Assembly: GCA_050250255.1 (NCBI GenBank)
Contig: JBFWOZ010000012.1
Location: 11,620-75,619 of the forward strand
From: Bdellovibrionales bacterium
Lineage (GTDB): Bacteria; Bdellovibrionota; Bdellovibrionia; Bdellovibrionales; DASUEL01
Direction: 5' to 3'
DNA: 64,000 nt
Shown: positions 47,081-57,183 of the stretch, piece after piece
Position numbering within the stretch: the first letter of the stretch is position 1
Layout: each line of letters begins with the position of its first letter
Program-made: the position numbers and the translations under genes
The notes under the pieces: generated by a model
Databases searched by the model: none
What the model saw: only the letters and a program-made list of their open reading frames with translations
Told to the model about the DNA's origin: nothing

Positions 47081-48298
47081 TTATTTCTTTGTGCCGCAAA
47101 CTTCGGTGGCTTGCTGAAACTTATCTACCCAACGCTCTTGCTTTTGTAGTCGCACAGAAGATGTCGCATTCCTTAAAGCCATATAATAAGATCGGTTGAG
47201 CTCGCAAGCTTTAATAAAAGCCTCGAGAGACTCTTTGTAGTCTCGAGTTTGTAACTTTCCTTGAGCTAGTCCTAAGTAGCACCGGTCGGATTCACGGTCG
47301 GCAGCGATACATCTTTTGTAGTAGTGCGCAGAGGTTTCCCAATTTTTTAATTCATCATTCACAAGGCCTGCCGTAAATTGAGCAAACTCGGACTTGGGAA
47401 AACTTTTAGCAGCTTGCTCGATGATCTTTGTCGCTTGCGCAATTTGTTTGAGGCCTTTGTAGTTCATTCCTAAAAAAACATGATTTTCGGGAATGCGACG
47501 ATCTAGCTCAATCGCTTTCTTGCAGTGTTCAATCGCTTTATCAAAAAAGCTATCTTGAGAGAGAAAGCGGCACATCTTAGTGTGAACTTCTGGTGTGTCT
47601 CCGAATGTCTCGAGCATATCTTGTAAGATCTCTCGCTGCTCGTAAGAGTTTTTTGTGGCGGCAAAGACGGTAAAGAGTCCGTCAAAAGCGGAGCCTCTTT
47701 TTTTATCTAAGGCGAGCGCTTTACGGTAGTGAATCGCGGCCTTCTCCATATTTTTACTTTCAAAATAAGCACGTCCGAGAAGTTCATGGACCTGTGGATC
47801 TTTCGTGTTTTTTTGCTCAAGAACTTCGAGCGTACGGATTTCATTTAAGAAATCCTTATTTTTTCTGTAAGCCTCCGCGAGCATAAACATGTTGGTTTTT
47901 GTAGGATTGATGGCCGCTTCTTTTAAATGTTGAATTGCTTTGTCATATTGCTCTGCCTGCAGATAGAAAAATCCGAGCTGCGAGTGAGTGTCGACATCCT
48001 CAGGATTTTTTTTCAGCAAAGCTTCGAGTTCTTTAATCGATTTCTCGTAATTTTTTGGCTTAGACGATTTTTTTGGAGCATTCTTTTTCGCCACCGGGCT
48101 ACGAATGGTAGCGGGGAGTCCACCGGCCGCGGGATCTACACTCTTCTTTAACTCCGAAGACTCGGCCTCTAATTCGTTCTGGAGAGAGTTGTTACGTGCG
48201 CTCTCCTCGGCCTGGTCTTGTGCGGACGAAACAACACCGACAAACATCAAGCTGAGGACCAGGACAAAGGTCTGAGGATATGATTTGTGTGTGAACAT
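47081..48298 (-). CDS. Exported tetratricopeptide-repeat protein
   Basis: Signal peptide; multiple TPR motifs (e.g. HELLGRAYF…AAIHYRKALALD). Confidence 0.85.
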   Translation of the reverse strand: MFTHKSYPQTFVLVLSLMFVGVVSSAQDQAEESARNNSLQNELEAESSELKKSVDPAAGGLPATIRSPVAKKNAPKKSSKPKNYEKSIKELEALLKKNPEDVDTHSQLGFFYLQAEQYDKAIQHLKEAAINPTKTNMFMLAEAYRKNKDFLNEIRTLEVLEQKNTKDPQVHELLGRAYFESKNMEKAAIHYRKALALDKKRGSAFDGLFTVFAATKNSYEQREILQDMLETFGDTPEVHTKMCRFLSQDSFFDKAIEHCKKAIELDRRIPENHVFLGMNYKGLKQIAQATKIIEQAAKSFPKSEFAQFTAGLVNDELKNWETSAHYYKRCIAADRESDRCYLGLAQGKLQTRDYKESLEAFIKACELNRSYYMALRNATSSVRLQKQERWVDKFQQATEVCGTKK

Positions 48299-48316
48299 AT
48301 ATATAATAGTAACATC

Positions 48317-49225
48317 ATGTTGTTTGCGAGAGCAAATGGAGGACCGTCGTGTCCTCGAAAAAAACAATCAGGACAAGCCCTCATAGAATATATGATGGTG
48401 TTGCTCTTCACGCTGATTATTTGCGGAGGAGCTTTTTACCAATTTAACGATGCGTTCAGGCAGTTTCTCTCTGGATATTTTGGTCAGTATCTTTCCTGTC
48501 TTTTGGAAGCGGGCGAACTTCCCTCGCTAGGATACGATGGACAAAATCAACCCGACATCTGTAACTCCGAATTCCAGCCCTTCTCTTTAGCAAAAGGGCG
48601 TCCACTGATTAAAGATCCAGGTGTGGGAACTCCTCCGAAGGAAATAGGTGGCGTACCTCCAGCAGAAAACATGGTGATGGGTGGAAGACCGATCAAAGAA
48701 CGAGGGGGCGTTGCTCCAGGAAATGTTGAGGCGGCAGGTTCGGGACCTGTGGCTGAGCGAAGTTATGGTGGAAATATTCCGGGGGATGCTGCAACGGCTG
48801 GTGGTGGAGGCGGAGCAGGAGGACAATTTGCTTCCTTTGGACCGCGCTCTTCTCAAAACATTCCTTTGAGTGGAGCTGATGCGGGAGCAAAAAAATCTGG
48901 TCAACGTGGTATGGAAGACGAAACGATTTCGTCTCGCGAACTTTTCGATGACGGCCAGTCAGGCCGAAGAAAAGAAATTCCTCTAGCAAAAAATGAACGT
49001 AAGCCCACTGAACGAGTGAAACAGGATGTTCCTGCAGATGCGAAAGAAGCCACTCCATCGCGCACGATTACCGTAGAGAAACCTGAGAAAAAAATCGAAG
49101 TGCAAGAAGAGGGACTCACATTTTCGGATTTCATTAAGTATCTTCTTATCGCCGCGGTCCTTCTCGCTATGCTTGTTTTCTTCGGTGGCCAAATCTTACA
49201 AATTTCAAAAAGTGGTGAAAAATAA
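48317..49225 (+). CDS. TadE/Flp-pilin-like protein with Gly-rich linker and C-terminal TM helix
   Basis: QSGQALIEYMMVLL prepilin-like motif (G-x4-E); C-terminal hydrophobic helix. Confidence 0.7.
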   Translation: MLFARANGGPSCPRKKQSGQALIEYMMVLLFTLIICGGAFYQFNDAFRQFLSGYFGQYLSCLLEAGELPSLGYDGQNQPDICNSEFQPFSLAKGRPLIKDPGVGTPPKEIGGVPPAENMVMGGRPIKERGGVAPGNVEAAGSGPVAERSYGGNIPGDAATAGGGGGAGGQFASFGPRSSQNIPLSGADAGAKKSGQRGMEDETISSRELFDDGQSGRRKEIPLAKNERKPTERVKQDVPADAKEATPSRTITVEKPEKKIEVQEEGLTFSDFIKYLLIAAVLLAMLVFFGGQILQISKSGEK

Positions 49226-50259
49226 TGAGTCAGCTTGATTTACGTGATTTTTATTCTAACACCATCACTCACTATAAACTGGGCCCCGCAGCGACAAAAT
49301 TGTTTGCACGAATTGTAGCAAATGATGACCAGGGGGAAGCTTACGAAGAGGCTCTTCGGTGCGATCGTTTTTTTACAACCAAGGTGATCTCAGCTGCTTC
49401 CGAGGTTTTGAAAAAAGGTTCAGTGAAATCTCTCACTCACGCAGTGGTTTTGTTTGGAAAAGAAACTGTAAGAAATTTTGTTTTAGGACATACGGTGTTG
49501 CGACAGATCGACACGAGCGCAGATCAAAAATTTGAAGACATGGGTAAATCTAAAAATTTTCTCAAGCGTGGCTTGGAAGCCGAAGAGCTTGCTCTCAAGT
49601 CTAAAAACGAATATCCCGGCTTTGCGCTTGCGGTAGGTTTTATTTACGACATCATTGAAAATAAGATGAACGCAGACCCAAGAATGACTCAACATCTTCC
49701 TTTTTTTGAATCGTGTTGGAAACATGCTTTACGTACGGCCTCACTCGCCTCTGCGATGTGTTCACACGAAAGAATGCTCATTAATCTCAAGAGACTGAGT
49801 TTTGCTGCCGGCCTCACTCATGACCTTGGGCGTCTTCTTTTGTTGGTTTCTTATCCTGAGCGTTACCAAAATCTCATGAAAAAATTTGACGAGGCAAAAT
49901 TAGCAACGCCTAGTGACGATTCGCCCCAAATGGTGATTGAGAAGGAAGAGTTTGGACTCAGCCATGCCGAGCTTGGTGCCTTCTTTTGTTACTCTTTTGG
50001 TTACCTTCAGGAGCTGGAAGAGATTGTAGATTTCCATCACGACTTCGCTGTTTTGAAGACTCGAGATAAGGATCACTTTCTATTAGCTATGATATTGAAT
50101 ATAGCCGACCGCCTGGCGTATTTGATTGAAACTGACCCTAAACTTGAAATCGCGGAAATAAATAAAATTTTGGAGCCACATCGCCAAGCCTTTCCATTGA
50201 GAGCTGATGAAGTTCAAACGCTGGCATTTTTGCTTCGCAGCAAGGTGCTTCTTCCATAA
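49225..50259 (+). CDS. HDOD domain protein
   Basis: VKSLTHAVVLFG, WKHALRTA, AGLTHDLG, EKEEFGLSHAELG and FHH motifs. Confidence 0.88.
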   Translation: MSQLDLRDFYSNTITHYKLGPAATKLFARIVANDDQGEAYEEALRCDRFFTTKVISAASEVLKKGSVKSLTHAVVLFGKETVRNFVLGHTVLRQIDTSADQKFEDMGKSKNFLKRGLEAEELALKSKNEYPGFALAVGFIYDIIENKMNADPRMTQHLPFFESCWKHALRTASLASAMCSHERMLINLKRLSFAAGLTHDLGRLLLLVSYPERYQNLMKKFDEAKLATPSDDSPQMVIEKEEFGLSHAELGAFFCYSFGYLQELEEIVDFHHDFAVLKTRDKDHFLLAMILNIADRLAYLIETDPKLEIAEINKILEPHRQAFPLRADEVQTLAFLLRSKVLLP

Positions 50260-50391
50260 ATTTCTCACCGTTTTTGTTCGTCTTATATGAGATGTAATCA
50301 TTTCATTCACCCGTTAGAGGGGGGTTGCGGGTCTAATTTTATGTTGGACCTGGGGGATATTCCATGGTTCAAACAGAAACGCGGGGGATAA

Positions 50392-50910
50392 ATGGAAAAG
50401 ACGACCGATGGTCATCTCAGTGGGGAGCATGGTCCAGAACAAATGGGCCAAGTCATCGAATTAAATCCCAAAAAAATCTATACCATTTTTGAAGTAGATA
50501 ACATTCTTCCGCTCGTTCGTCGTATCACTCAAGAATACGTGAATCGCGTTCAGGGCCTCATGGGCAAATTTGAACTTGCGAAGAGCGTTCAAGATTCCAA
50601 AATCACAAGCATCGAACGTGAGATCAATGAATGCGTTCAGCTTTGGCAAAATAAAATGGAAAAATTAGGTCTTAAAGCGAAAGGCCTTTGGATTGCCGAT
50701 TTTGACTCTGGTGATGGATATTTTTGTTGGAAGTATCCTGAGGAGCAAGTGAACTATTGGCATCAGTATAACAATGGCTTTGGTGGTCGAGTAAAAATTG
50801 ATCGTGAAAGTTTGAAACAGGGTTTATCACCATCTTCAAAAATCATTCTTCCGGAGCAAGAGCCACAAGCGCCGGCGAATCCGAATCAAGACGCTTCTCC
50901 CTCTCTTTAA
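50392..50910 (+). CDS. DUF2203 family protein
   Basis: YTIFEVDNILPLVR…KGLWIADF…FCWKYPE…WH…GFGGR. Confidence 0.82.
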   Translation: MEKTTDGHLSGEHGPEQMGQVIELNPKKIYTIFEVDNILPLVRRITQEYVNRVQGLMGKFELAKSVQDSKITSIEREINECVQLWQNKMEKLGLKAKGLWIADFDSGDGYFCWKYPEEQVNYWHQYNNGFGGRVKIDRESLKQGLSPSSKIILPEQEPQAPANPNQDASPSL

Positions 50911-50958
50911 CGTTTAAACTCGCGTGACATTTTTCATAGGCTCAACTACATCAGTGGT

Positions 50959-52578
50959 ATGAGAGTCGGCTTAGCACAGATCAATGTCACTTTAGGTGCG
51001 TTTAAAGAAAACGCCGATCTCATTCTTGAACACATCTCGCGCGCAAAACAAAAACATTGTGATCTTGTGGTTTTCCCAGAGCTAGCCCTTTTTGGTTATC
51101 TCCCTGGAGATCTTCTTGAGAGAAAATCCATCTACGATGCCCAGTGGAAAGAATTTCGAAGAATTGAAGCGAAAATGCCAGCAGGGATTTCGGCACTCGT
51201 AGGCCTGGTGACAGACGCGAAAAAGAAACACGGAAAGCCTTATTACAATTCGGCCGCGCTCATTCAAAAAGGTAAAAAAACTCAGTTCTTTCACAAAGAG
51301 CTTCTCCCTAATTACGATGTCTTTGATGATCCGCGCTTTTTTGAACGTGGTTCTGACTCCGAAAATTTTTTTCGACTTAAAGGGAAGAAGGTTCTCGTCA
51401 CTCTTTGTGAAGACATTTGGGGTTGGGGACAAGAGTTAGAAAACGCGAATTACCAAAGAAATCCTCTGAAGGGCCTTAAAAAAACAGGCGTGGATTTAGT
51501 CGTGAATCTTAGCGCTTCTCCATTTTCTATGGGACAAAGAAAAAAACGTTTTGATGTAGTGAAGAAGACGGCACTTCACTTTCAATGTCCTGTGGCCTAC
51601 ACGAATATGGTGGGTGGACAAGATGAGATCATTTTTGATGGGGGCAGTTTTGCTCTTGATAAAAAGGGCCGCCATCTCGCACAGTCGGTATATTTTGAAG
51701 AAGATCTCAACGTCGTAGATCTTGAAAAACAAGAGGGTGGAAAAAGAAACACCTCAAAAGATGAAATTGAACATCTTTATCAAGCGCTCATTCTCGGAAT
51801 CCGTGATTACGCTCGGATTACCGGAATTCCAAAAATTCACTTAGGTCTCAGTGGCGGAATCGACTCTGCGCTCGTCGCCTGTTTGGCAGCAGAAGCCCTT
51901 GGTGCAGGCCAAGTCACTTGTCTCGCAATGCCGGGTCCCTTTAGTGCTCCCGAAAGTTTCACGCTTGCTAAAAAATTGGCAGCCAATCTCAAATGCCGCT
52001 TTCTTGAAGTAGAGATTGGTAAGCACTACGAACTGCTTAAAAAGAGTCTCGATCAAGCTTTTGAGGTGAAAGAGTTTGGCGTGCTCCATGAAAACCTCCA
52101 GGCGAGACTACGTGGAACGATCCTGATGGCGTTCGCTAACAAAAATAGCAGCCTTCTTGTGTCTACGAGTAACAAAAGCGAATTCGCGACTGGTTACGCG
52201 ACACTTTACGGAGATATGTGCGGGGGCTTAGCGCCTCTTGGGGATGTGTTGAAGGGGCAAGTTTATCAGCTCTGCGAGTACATTAACCGAGAGTATGAAC
52301 TCATTCCAAAGCGAATCATTGAGCGGCCGCCAACGGCAGAACTCAAAGCGAACCAAAAAGATCAAGACACTCTGCCGCCCTACAACGAGCTTGATCAATC
52401 GATCCAAAAAATTGTGGTGGAGCGTCGCTCGGCGAAATCTTCTCAAGAAAAATGGCTTCTCGAGACCCTTCATCGTACCGAGTTCAAGCGTTGGCAGGCA
52501 TCTCCGGTGCTACGAGTTTCTCCAAGAGCATTTGGAAGAGGTCGTCGTATGCCGATAGCTCACAAAGGGCTTTTCTAA
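50959..52578 (+). CDS. nadE: Glutamine-dependent NAD+ synthetase
   Basis: Nitrilase domain (FPEL, K, CEDIW) plus SGGIDS, ENLQAR, NKSE…GYATLYGD and EFKRWQ motifs. Confidence 0.96.
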   Translation: MRVGLAQINVTLGAFKENADLILEHISRAKQKHCDLVVFPELALFGYLPGDLLERKSIYDAQWKEFRRIEAKMPAGISALVGLVTDAKKKHGKPYYNSAALIQKGKKTQFFHKELLPNYDVFDDPRFFERGSDSENFFRLKGKKVLVTLCEDIWGWGQELENANYQRNPLKGLKKTGVDLVVNLSASPFSMGQRKKRFDVVKKTALHFQCPVAYTNMVGGQDEIIFDGGSFALDKKGRHLAQSVYFEEDLNVVDLEKQEGGKRNTSKDEIEHLYQALILGIRDYARITGIPKIHLGLSGGIDSALVACLAAEALGAGQVTCLAMPGPFSAPESFTLAKKLAANLKCRFLEVEIGKHYELLKKSLDQAFEVKEFGVLHENLQARLRGTILMAFANKNSSLLVSTSNKSEFATGYATLYGDMCGGLAPLGDVLKGQVYQLCEYINREYELIPKRIIERPPTAELKANQKDQDTLPPYNELDQSIQKIVVERRSAKSSQEKWLLETLHRTEFKRWQASPVLRVSPRAFGRGRRMPIAHKGLF

Positions 52579-52633
52579 ATCTCCTTTTTGCGCTAATCCA
52601 TATTCAGAATATTGTTTTTTCAGGGGGTATGGG

Positions 52634-53611
52634 ATGACTCAAGGGAACGTTTCCAGTTTCATTAAGAAACATTACAAACACTTCAATGCAGCGGCTCTTG
52701 TTGATGCGTCAGAAGCTTACAAAAAACATATCGATCAGGGCGGAAAAATGATGGTCACCCTCGCGGGTGCTATGAGTACGGCGGAACTTGGTTGTTCGCT
52801 TGCGGAAATGATTCGCCAAGATAAGGTTCATATCATTTCTTGCACGGGTGCAAACCTCGAAGAAGATCTCTTTAACCTTGTCGCTCATGATTTTTACGTA
52901 CGTGTTCCTAACTACCGCGATTTGAGCAAGCAAGATGAACAAAAGCTTTACGAAAAACATCTCAATCGTGTGACCGACACTTGTATTCCTGAAGAGGAAG
53001 CGATGAGACGCCTCGAGGTGGCTTTGGTGGAGCAGTGGACGACTGCCGACAAATCTGGAAAACGAATGTTCCCTCACGAATTTCTCTATAAAATCATTCG
53101 TGAGAAAAAATTAGACCAGTACTTTCAAATTGATCCTAAAGACAGCTGGCTTGTTGCTGCTTGTGAAAAAAATCTTCCGATCATCGTTCCAGGATGGGAA
53201 GACTCAACGACGGCAAACTTTTTTGCTGGTCACTGCATTAAAGAAAACGTGAAAAACCCCAACACCGTTCGTGGCGGGATCGAATACATGATCAATCTTG
53301 TGGATTGGTACAAAAAAACCGCGAAGGACAGTTCCATCGGGTTTTTCCAAATCGGTGGAGGAATTGCGGGTGATTTCCCAATCTGTGTTGTGCCGCTGAT
53401 GCATCAGGATTTAGAGTGGGATGACGTACCTCTGTGGGGATACTTTTGCCAGATCAGTGACTCCACAACAAGCTATGGTTCTTACTCAGGAGCTGTACCT
53501 AACGAGAAAATCACTTGGGGTAAGCTCGGTGTGAACACACCATCTTATGTGATCGAATCAGATGCAACCATAGTTGCACCACTTATGTTTGCGAATATCC
53601 TCAGCTGGTAA
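52634..53611 (+). CDS. Deoxyhypusine synthase-like protein (probable homospermidine synthase)
   Basis: AGAMSTAELG, TGANLEED, IGGG, SYSGAVPNEKITWGK and SDATIVAPL motifs. Confidence 0.9.
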   Translation: MTQGNVSSFIKKHYKHFNAAALVDASEAYKKHIDQGGKMMVTLAGAMSTAELGCSLAEMIRQDKVHIISCTGANLEEDLFNLVAHDFYVRVPNYRDLSKQDEQKLYEKHLNRVTDTCIPEEEAMRRLEVALVEQWTTADKSGKRMFPHEFLYKIIREKKLDQYFQIDPKDSWLVAACEKNLPIIVPGWEDSTTANFFAGHCIKENVKNPNTVRGGIEYMINLVDWYKKTAKDSSIGFFQIGGGIAGDFPICVVPLMHQDLEWDDVPLWGYFCQISDSTTSYGSYSGAVPNEKITWGKLGVNTPSYVIESDATIVAPLMFANILSW

Positions 53612-53627
53612 TTGAGAGAACCAAAGA

Positions 53628-54245
53628 TTAGATCAGAGAAAGCAAGTCGAGTTGTTTCGGCTTGCGTTCGATCACTGGAAATCTGAGAGCGACGTTATTC
53701 GAAAGTGCGATCAAGTTCTCGATCGCCGGCACTTCACCTTCACGGAATATTTTTTGAATCATCTTCCAAAAAAGTTCGCCTGCGTATCCCGCATCCTGTT
53801 CGGCTCTATGGAAGTCGCCGGCTGTAATCTGTAAATGTTGTACAAGAGTGCCTAGCTTATAATTCGCAAGACCTGGTAAAACTTTTCGCGCCATTGAAAG
53901 CGTGTCTAAGATCACTCCGGTGGGAGCACGGCTTTCAAACTTCGTGATATCAGCCGTTAAAAATTGAGTATCAAAACCCGCATTGTGTGCGACTAAGATG
54001 TCATCACCACAGAAATCTGCAAAGGGTTCTAAAATGGTATCAATGGTGGGTTTTCCGATGAGCATTTCATCGGTGATACCATTCACGCGAGAGGCAGCCT
54101 CTGGCATAGAGCGGTTGGGATTTACGAGGGTAGAAAATTTCGCATCGGGAACGCCATTAACGAATCGCACGGCGCCTACCTCTACAATTTGATCAACACC
54201 GGGTAAAAAACCGGTCGTTTCTAAGTCAAAAGCAATGAATCTCAT
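53628..54245 (-). CDS. DEDDh 3'-5' exonuclease (DnaQ/PolC-like)
   Basis: FDLETTG, VAHNAGFD and HRAEQDA motifs; C-terminal QLDLL clamp-binding-like motif. Confidence 0.9.
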   Translation of the reverse strand: MRFIAFDLETTGFLPGVDQIVEVGAVRFVNGVPDAKFSTLVNPNRSMPEAASRVNGITDEMLIGKPTIDTILEPFADFCGDDILVAHNAGFDTQFLTADITKFESRAPTGVILDTLSMARKVLPGLANYKLGTLVQHLQITAGDFHRAEQDAGYAGELFWKMIQKIFREGEVPAIENLIALSNNVALRFPVIERKPKQLDLLSLI

Positions 54246-54300
54246 AGATTTAGAAAAATAGCCTAGAGCCCTGAGAGAATTCAAGATTTAATAGAGGATA

Positions 54301-54612
54301 ATGAAGGATAAGAGCGCCTTGTCAAAAATGATTTTTCTACCCTCCAAAAAGAGTATCGAATTTCGAGACGGCGAGAGCGTCCTCGAGCTCGCTATTGCGC
54401 ATAAGGTAAGGCTCGCACATTCTTGTGGCGGTATGGGCTCCTGCGGAACTTGCCGCGTATTTGTTCGAAGTGATTTGAATAAGCTGTCACCTCGCACAGA
54501 CATCGAAGTGGAAATGTCTAAAGATCGTCAGTTCGTCGAAAACGAGCGTTTGGCCTGCCAAACAAAAGCTTTTGACGGTCTCATCGTCGAAGTTCCTAAA
54601 AAGAAAACTTAG
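54301..54612 (+). CDS. 2Fe-2S ferredoxin
   Basis: CGGMGSCGTC…RLAC. Confidence 0.9.
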   Translation: MKDKSALSKMIFLPSKKSIEFRDGESVLELAIAHKVRLAHSCGGMGSCGTCRVFVRSDLNKLSPRTDIEVEMSKDRQFVENERLACQTKAFDGLIVEVPKKKT

Positions 54613-55820
54613 TTTACGTAGAAGGCGTTGGTGTAAATCCAAGGAAACCACTTCTTACCATCAGGCAGTGGGAGAGTGGGAATGAGTCTCACGAGCACGC
54701 GATACACACCGGGACTATGAACATTCATGGTGGTTACTTGCGAATTAGAAGTTACGTAGCGGTTCCCGTCTTTCATAATGACGATCTCGAATGGAACCTG
54801 AGGCTTTTGTGGAAGTTGTACGATGAGCTGTAACCCTGGTGAGTGCTTGATCTCTGATCCCATGGAATAAGTAGTCTTTGCAGTTTTCATGATAGTCAAA
54901 AAACCTTTTGGGTCTGCAAGAAGATCGAGGGAAAAATAAAAACTTCCAGACTTGATGGCGCTCATAATTTTATTACGATCGCTTGTGGTATTACCGGTCA
55001 GTTCGGACGTCAAAAGTACGTGGTTTGAAGAAATTTGAAACGAATCTTGGTAGCTGGGTATTTTTAAATATTGATCAGAAAAGCTCGCCTTTGCCATCGC
55101 GTCAGCACCAGACAGTGCAATCGTGTGTCGTTTTTGACTCAGCTGATCCCATAAGTCGATCTCTTGTTTAGGCTCTTCAAATAATCTGAAGAGTGCGAGG
55201 CGCTGGTTAAAAGGAAAAATCAAAACACTCCAGATGGTGGAAGCTTTAGAAGACAGCCAGGCACGTTCCCACAAACTTAAAAGGTTGATGGCCTCAATAC
55301 CATCGAGACCTGCTGGGTAAGCACTTGTCCATGAGAAACGATGTTTAAAGGGATGAGCTAAAACAACAAATCCAGAATCCGTGGGATTTCGTTTTTGTGA
55401 AAGCAGATCGGTGAATTGGATTTGTGATTGACCAAGGCTTGTTAAAGAAAAATTTTTCGGAGAGTCATAATATAACAAGTGTGAGTCGAGATAACTGTAT
55501 TCGCCGCCTTTAAGGACCAAGAGACGACCGTCATAACCTTCAAATTGTGTTTCTGTTTCAAAATCGTTGAGGTCAGTCATGATAATAAAATCGAGTCCTG
55601 ACTCTTTAGCGGCTGCGAAAACTTCCATAGGGCTTCCGCTGCCTGTACTGCGGTTTGAGTGAATGTGAGTAATCCCTTTGTAATCATAATATCCGGGAGG
55701 ATCTTTGGGCTCTAATTTAAATTCAAAAATAGAAGGATTAAACCACCCTAGGTAAAGGCCATAAAGAAGATACAAAAAAAATGGCAGAGCTAAAAAAATA
55801 ACTTTTCTTAAATCGAGCAT
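54609..55820 (-). CDS. Membrane-anchored PHP-domain phosphoesterase-like protein
   Basis: HIHS, GLDFIIMTD, GGE, LAHP, GIE, SGADA and WIYTN motifs. Confidence 0.75.
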   Translation of the reverse strand: MLDLRKVIFLALPFFLYLLYGLYLGWFNPSIFEFKLEPKDPPGYYDYKGITHIHSNRSTGSGSPMEVFAAAKESGLDFIIMTDLNDFETETQFEGYDGRLLVLKGGEYSYLDSHLLYYDSPKNFSLTSLGQSQIQFTDLLSQKRNPTDSGFVVLAHPFKHRFSWTSAYPAGLDGIEAINLLSLWERAWLSSKASTIWSVLIFPFNQRLALFRLFEEPKQEIDLWDQLSQKRHTIALSGADAMAKASFSDQYLKIPSYQDSFQISSNHVLLTSELTGNTTSDRNKIMSAIKSGSFYFSLDLLADPKGFLTIMKTAKTTYSMGSEIKHSPGLQLIVQLPQKPQVPFEIVIMKDGNRYVTSNSQVTTMNVHSPGVYRVLVRLIPTLPLPDGKKWFPWIYTNAFYVN

Positions 55821-55838
55821 ACATCCTTACGAAACGGT

Positions 55839-57155
55839 TTATTTAGGAGTTAACTCCATGAGTACCATAGGTTCTTCTAACCGGATGATGTTTGTCATGT
55901 TGTAGTTATCAACAGTGGTGCCGAGAAAATTATCCCAAATGTGAGCCGCGAGATAAAACTTTTGGTTCGGGCCTTTAGCTTCAGGTAAAAAATCATAAAA
56001 ATCTTTTCGCCCAACGCCGGCCATTTTATAAACAGGTCGTTTCAGTTTGTACGAAAGCGTAGAGGCCATCTGAAAAGTACTTGCATAAAAAGGCTGATAT
56101 TTTTCGTAGATAGGAATCCAGCCGTCATATCGATAGAACTCGCTGGTTTTAAAACCATCTTTTTGTATGGGAACCCAACGAAAAAAAACCTCAGAAAGAA
56201 CAAGCGCTAAACAAACGGCCCATGTAATTGCAGTTCCTTTGGCCCACTTAATTTGATTGGCTTGAATGACGGCCAAGCTGTAAAGCGTAGGGTAAGCAAG
56301 TATAGGCCAATTCCCTTCAGCACGACCTTTAAAGCTTGAGAAAAAGAAAAACAAAATTGGGAACCATCCAACATAAGCCATCCAAGAAAGCTGAGGCTTG
56401 GGATTTTTTTTAAAGAGAAAATAAAGAGTGGTGGGGAAGAGAAGACCGATTTGCGACAGCACATAGGTGAGAGTCCACTCAAAATGGTATTTCTTAGCAC
56501 CCAGACCGTGCTGGAGTTGAAATTTGAAAGAGATAAAATCGTTTTGATAATTCCAGAGAAGCACCGGAAGACAAAAGAAAAGACCAGATACAATAATGGC
56601 CATGTACTGGCCAAATGGAATGCCCTGCCATTTCTTTTCGTAAAGAAACCACGCTAGCAGCGGGGGAACAATCAAGACAATGTGGTATTTCGATAAAAAG
56701 CCTAAGCCGAGAGCGCTGCCAAAAGCGAAGGCCCAAGAGTATTTTTTTGTTTCGACCCAGCGGACTCCGCAAAGAAGTGAGAGTGACCAGAAAAAAAGTG
56801 CCGGAGTGTCGGGTAAGGCCAAGATAGATCCCCAGCCTGCGAGCGGATTTAGAACCATCAACCAAAACCAAGGAATTTGTTTCTTTTCATCGAGATAGGG
56901 CTTTAAAATTTCAAACCAAACGAGAATAGTCAAGTGACCTAAGAGAACAGTGGGGAAGCGTAAGATTTGATTCCAATCTCCAAGAAGATTTCCGAGAGCA
57001 ATCAAATAGGCAATAGTGGGTGGATGGTCGTAGTAAGAAAGCCGAAGGTGCTGAGACCAAACCCAGTAATAGCTCTCGTCAGATGAAAGGGGTAAAAAGA
57101 GTGCGAGAACAAGTTTGCAGACTAGTGTGAGGAGCCAGAGTCGATATATTTTCAC
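55839..57155 (-). CDS. ArnT/PMT (GT-C) family glycosyltransferase
   Basis: DESYYWVWS…SYYDHPP, PDTP and GLGFLSKY motifs; multiple TM helices. Confidence 0.88.
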   Translation of the reverse strand: MKIYRLWLLTLVCKLVLALFLPLSSDESYYWVWSQHLRLSYYDHPPTIAYLIALGNLLGDWNQILRFPTVLLGHLTILVWFEILKPYLDEKKQIPWFWLMVLNPLAGWGSILALPDTPALFFWSLSLLCGVRWVETKKYSWAFAFGSALGLGFLSKYHIVLIVPPLLAWFLYEKKWQGIPFGQYMAIIVSGLFFCLPVLLWNYQNDFISFKFQLQHGLGAKKYHFEWTLTYVLSQIGLLFPTTLYFLFKKNPKPQLSWMAYVGWFPILFFFFSSFKGRAEGNWPILAYPTLYSLAVIQANQIKWAKGTAITWAVCLALVLSEVFFRWVPIQKDGFKTSEFYRYDGWIPIYEKYQPFYASTFQMASTLSYKLKRPVYKMAGVGRKDFYDFLPEAKGPNQKFYLAAHIWDNFLGTTVDNYNMTNIIRLEEPMVLMELTPK

Positions 57156-57183
57156 GATATGTCTATTTCTCAGGTTTAGCTAT

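Noticed and set aside
50279..50293. GTCTTATATGAGAT as a third copy of the TCTCA-N3-TGAGA motif
   Set aside because: It has a mismatch and a spacer 1 nt shorter, which is insufficient support.
53628..54245. Exonuclease as part of a defence or mobile system
   Set aside because: Neighbours are housekeeping genes; no integrase, transposase, cas or toxin-antitoxin genes were seen in the window.
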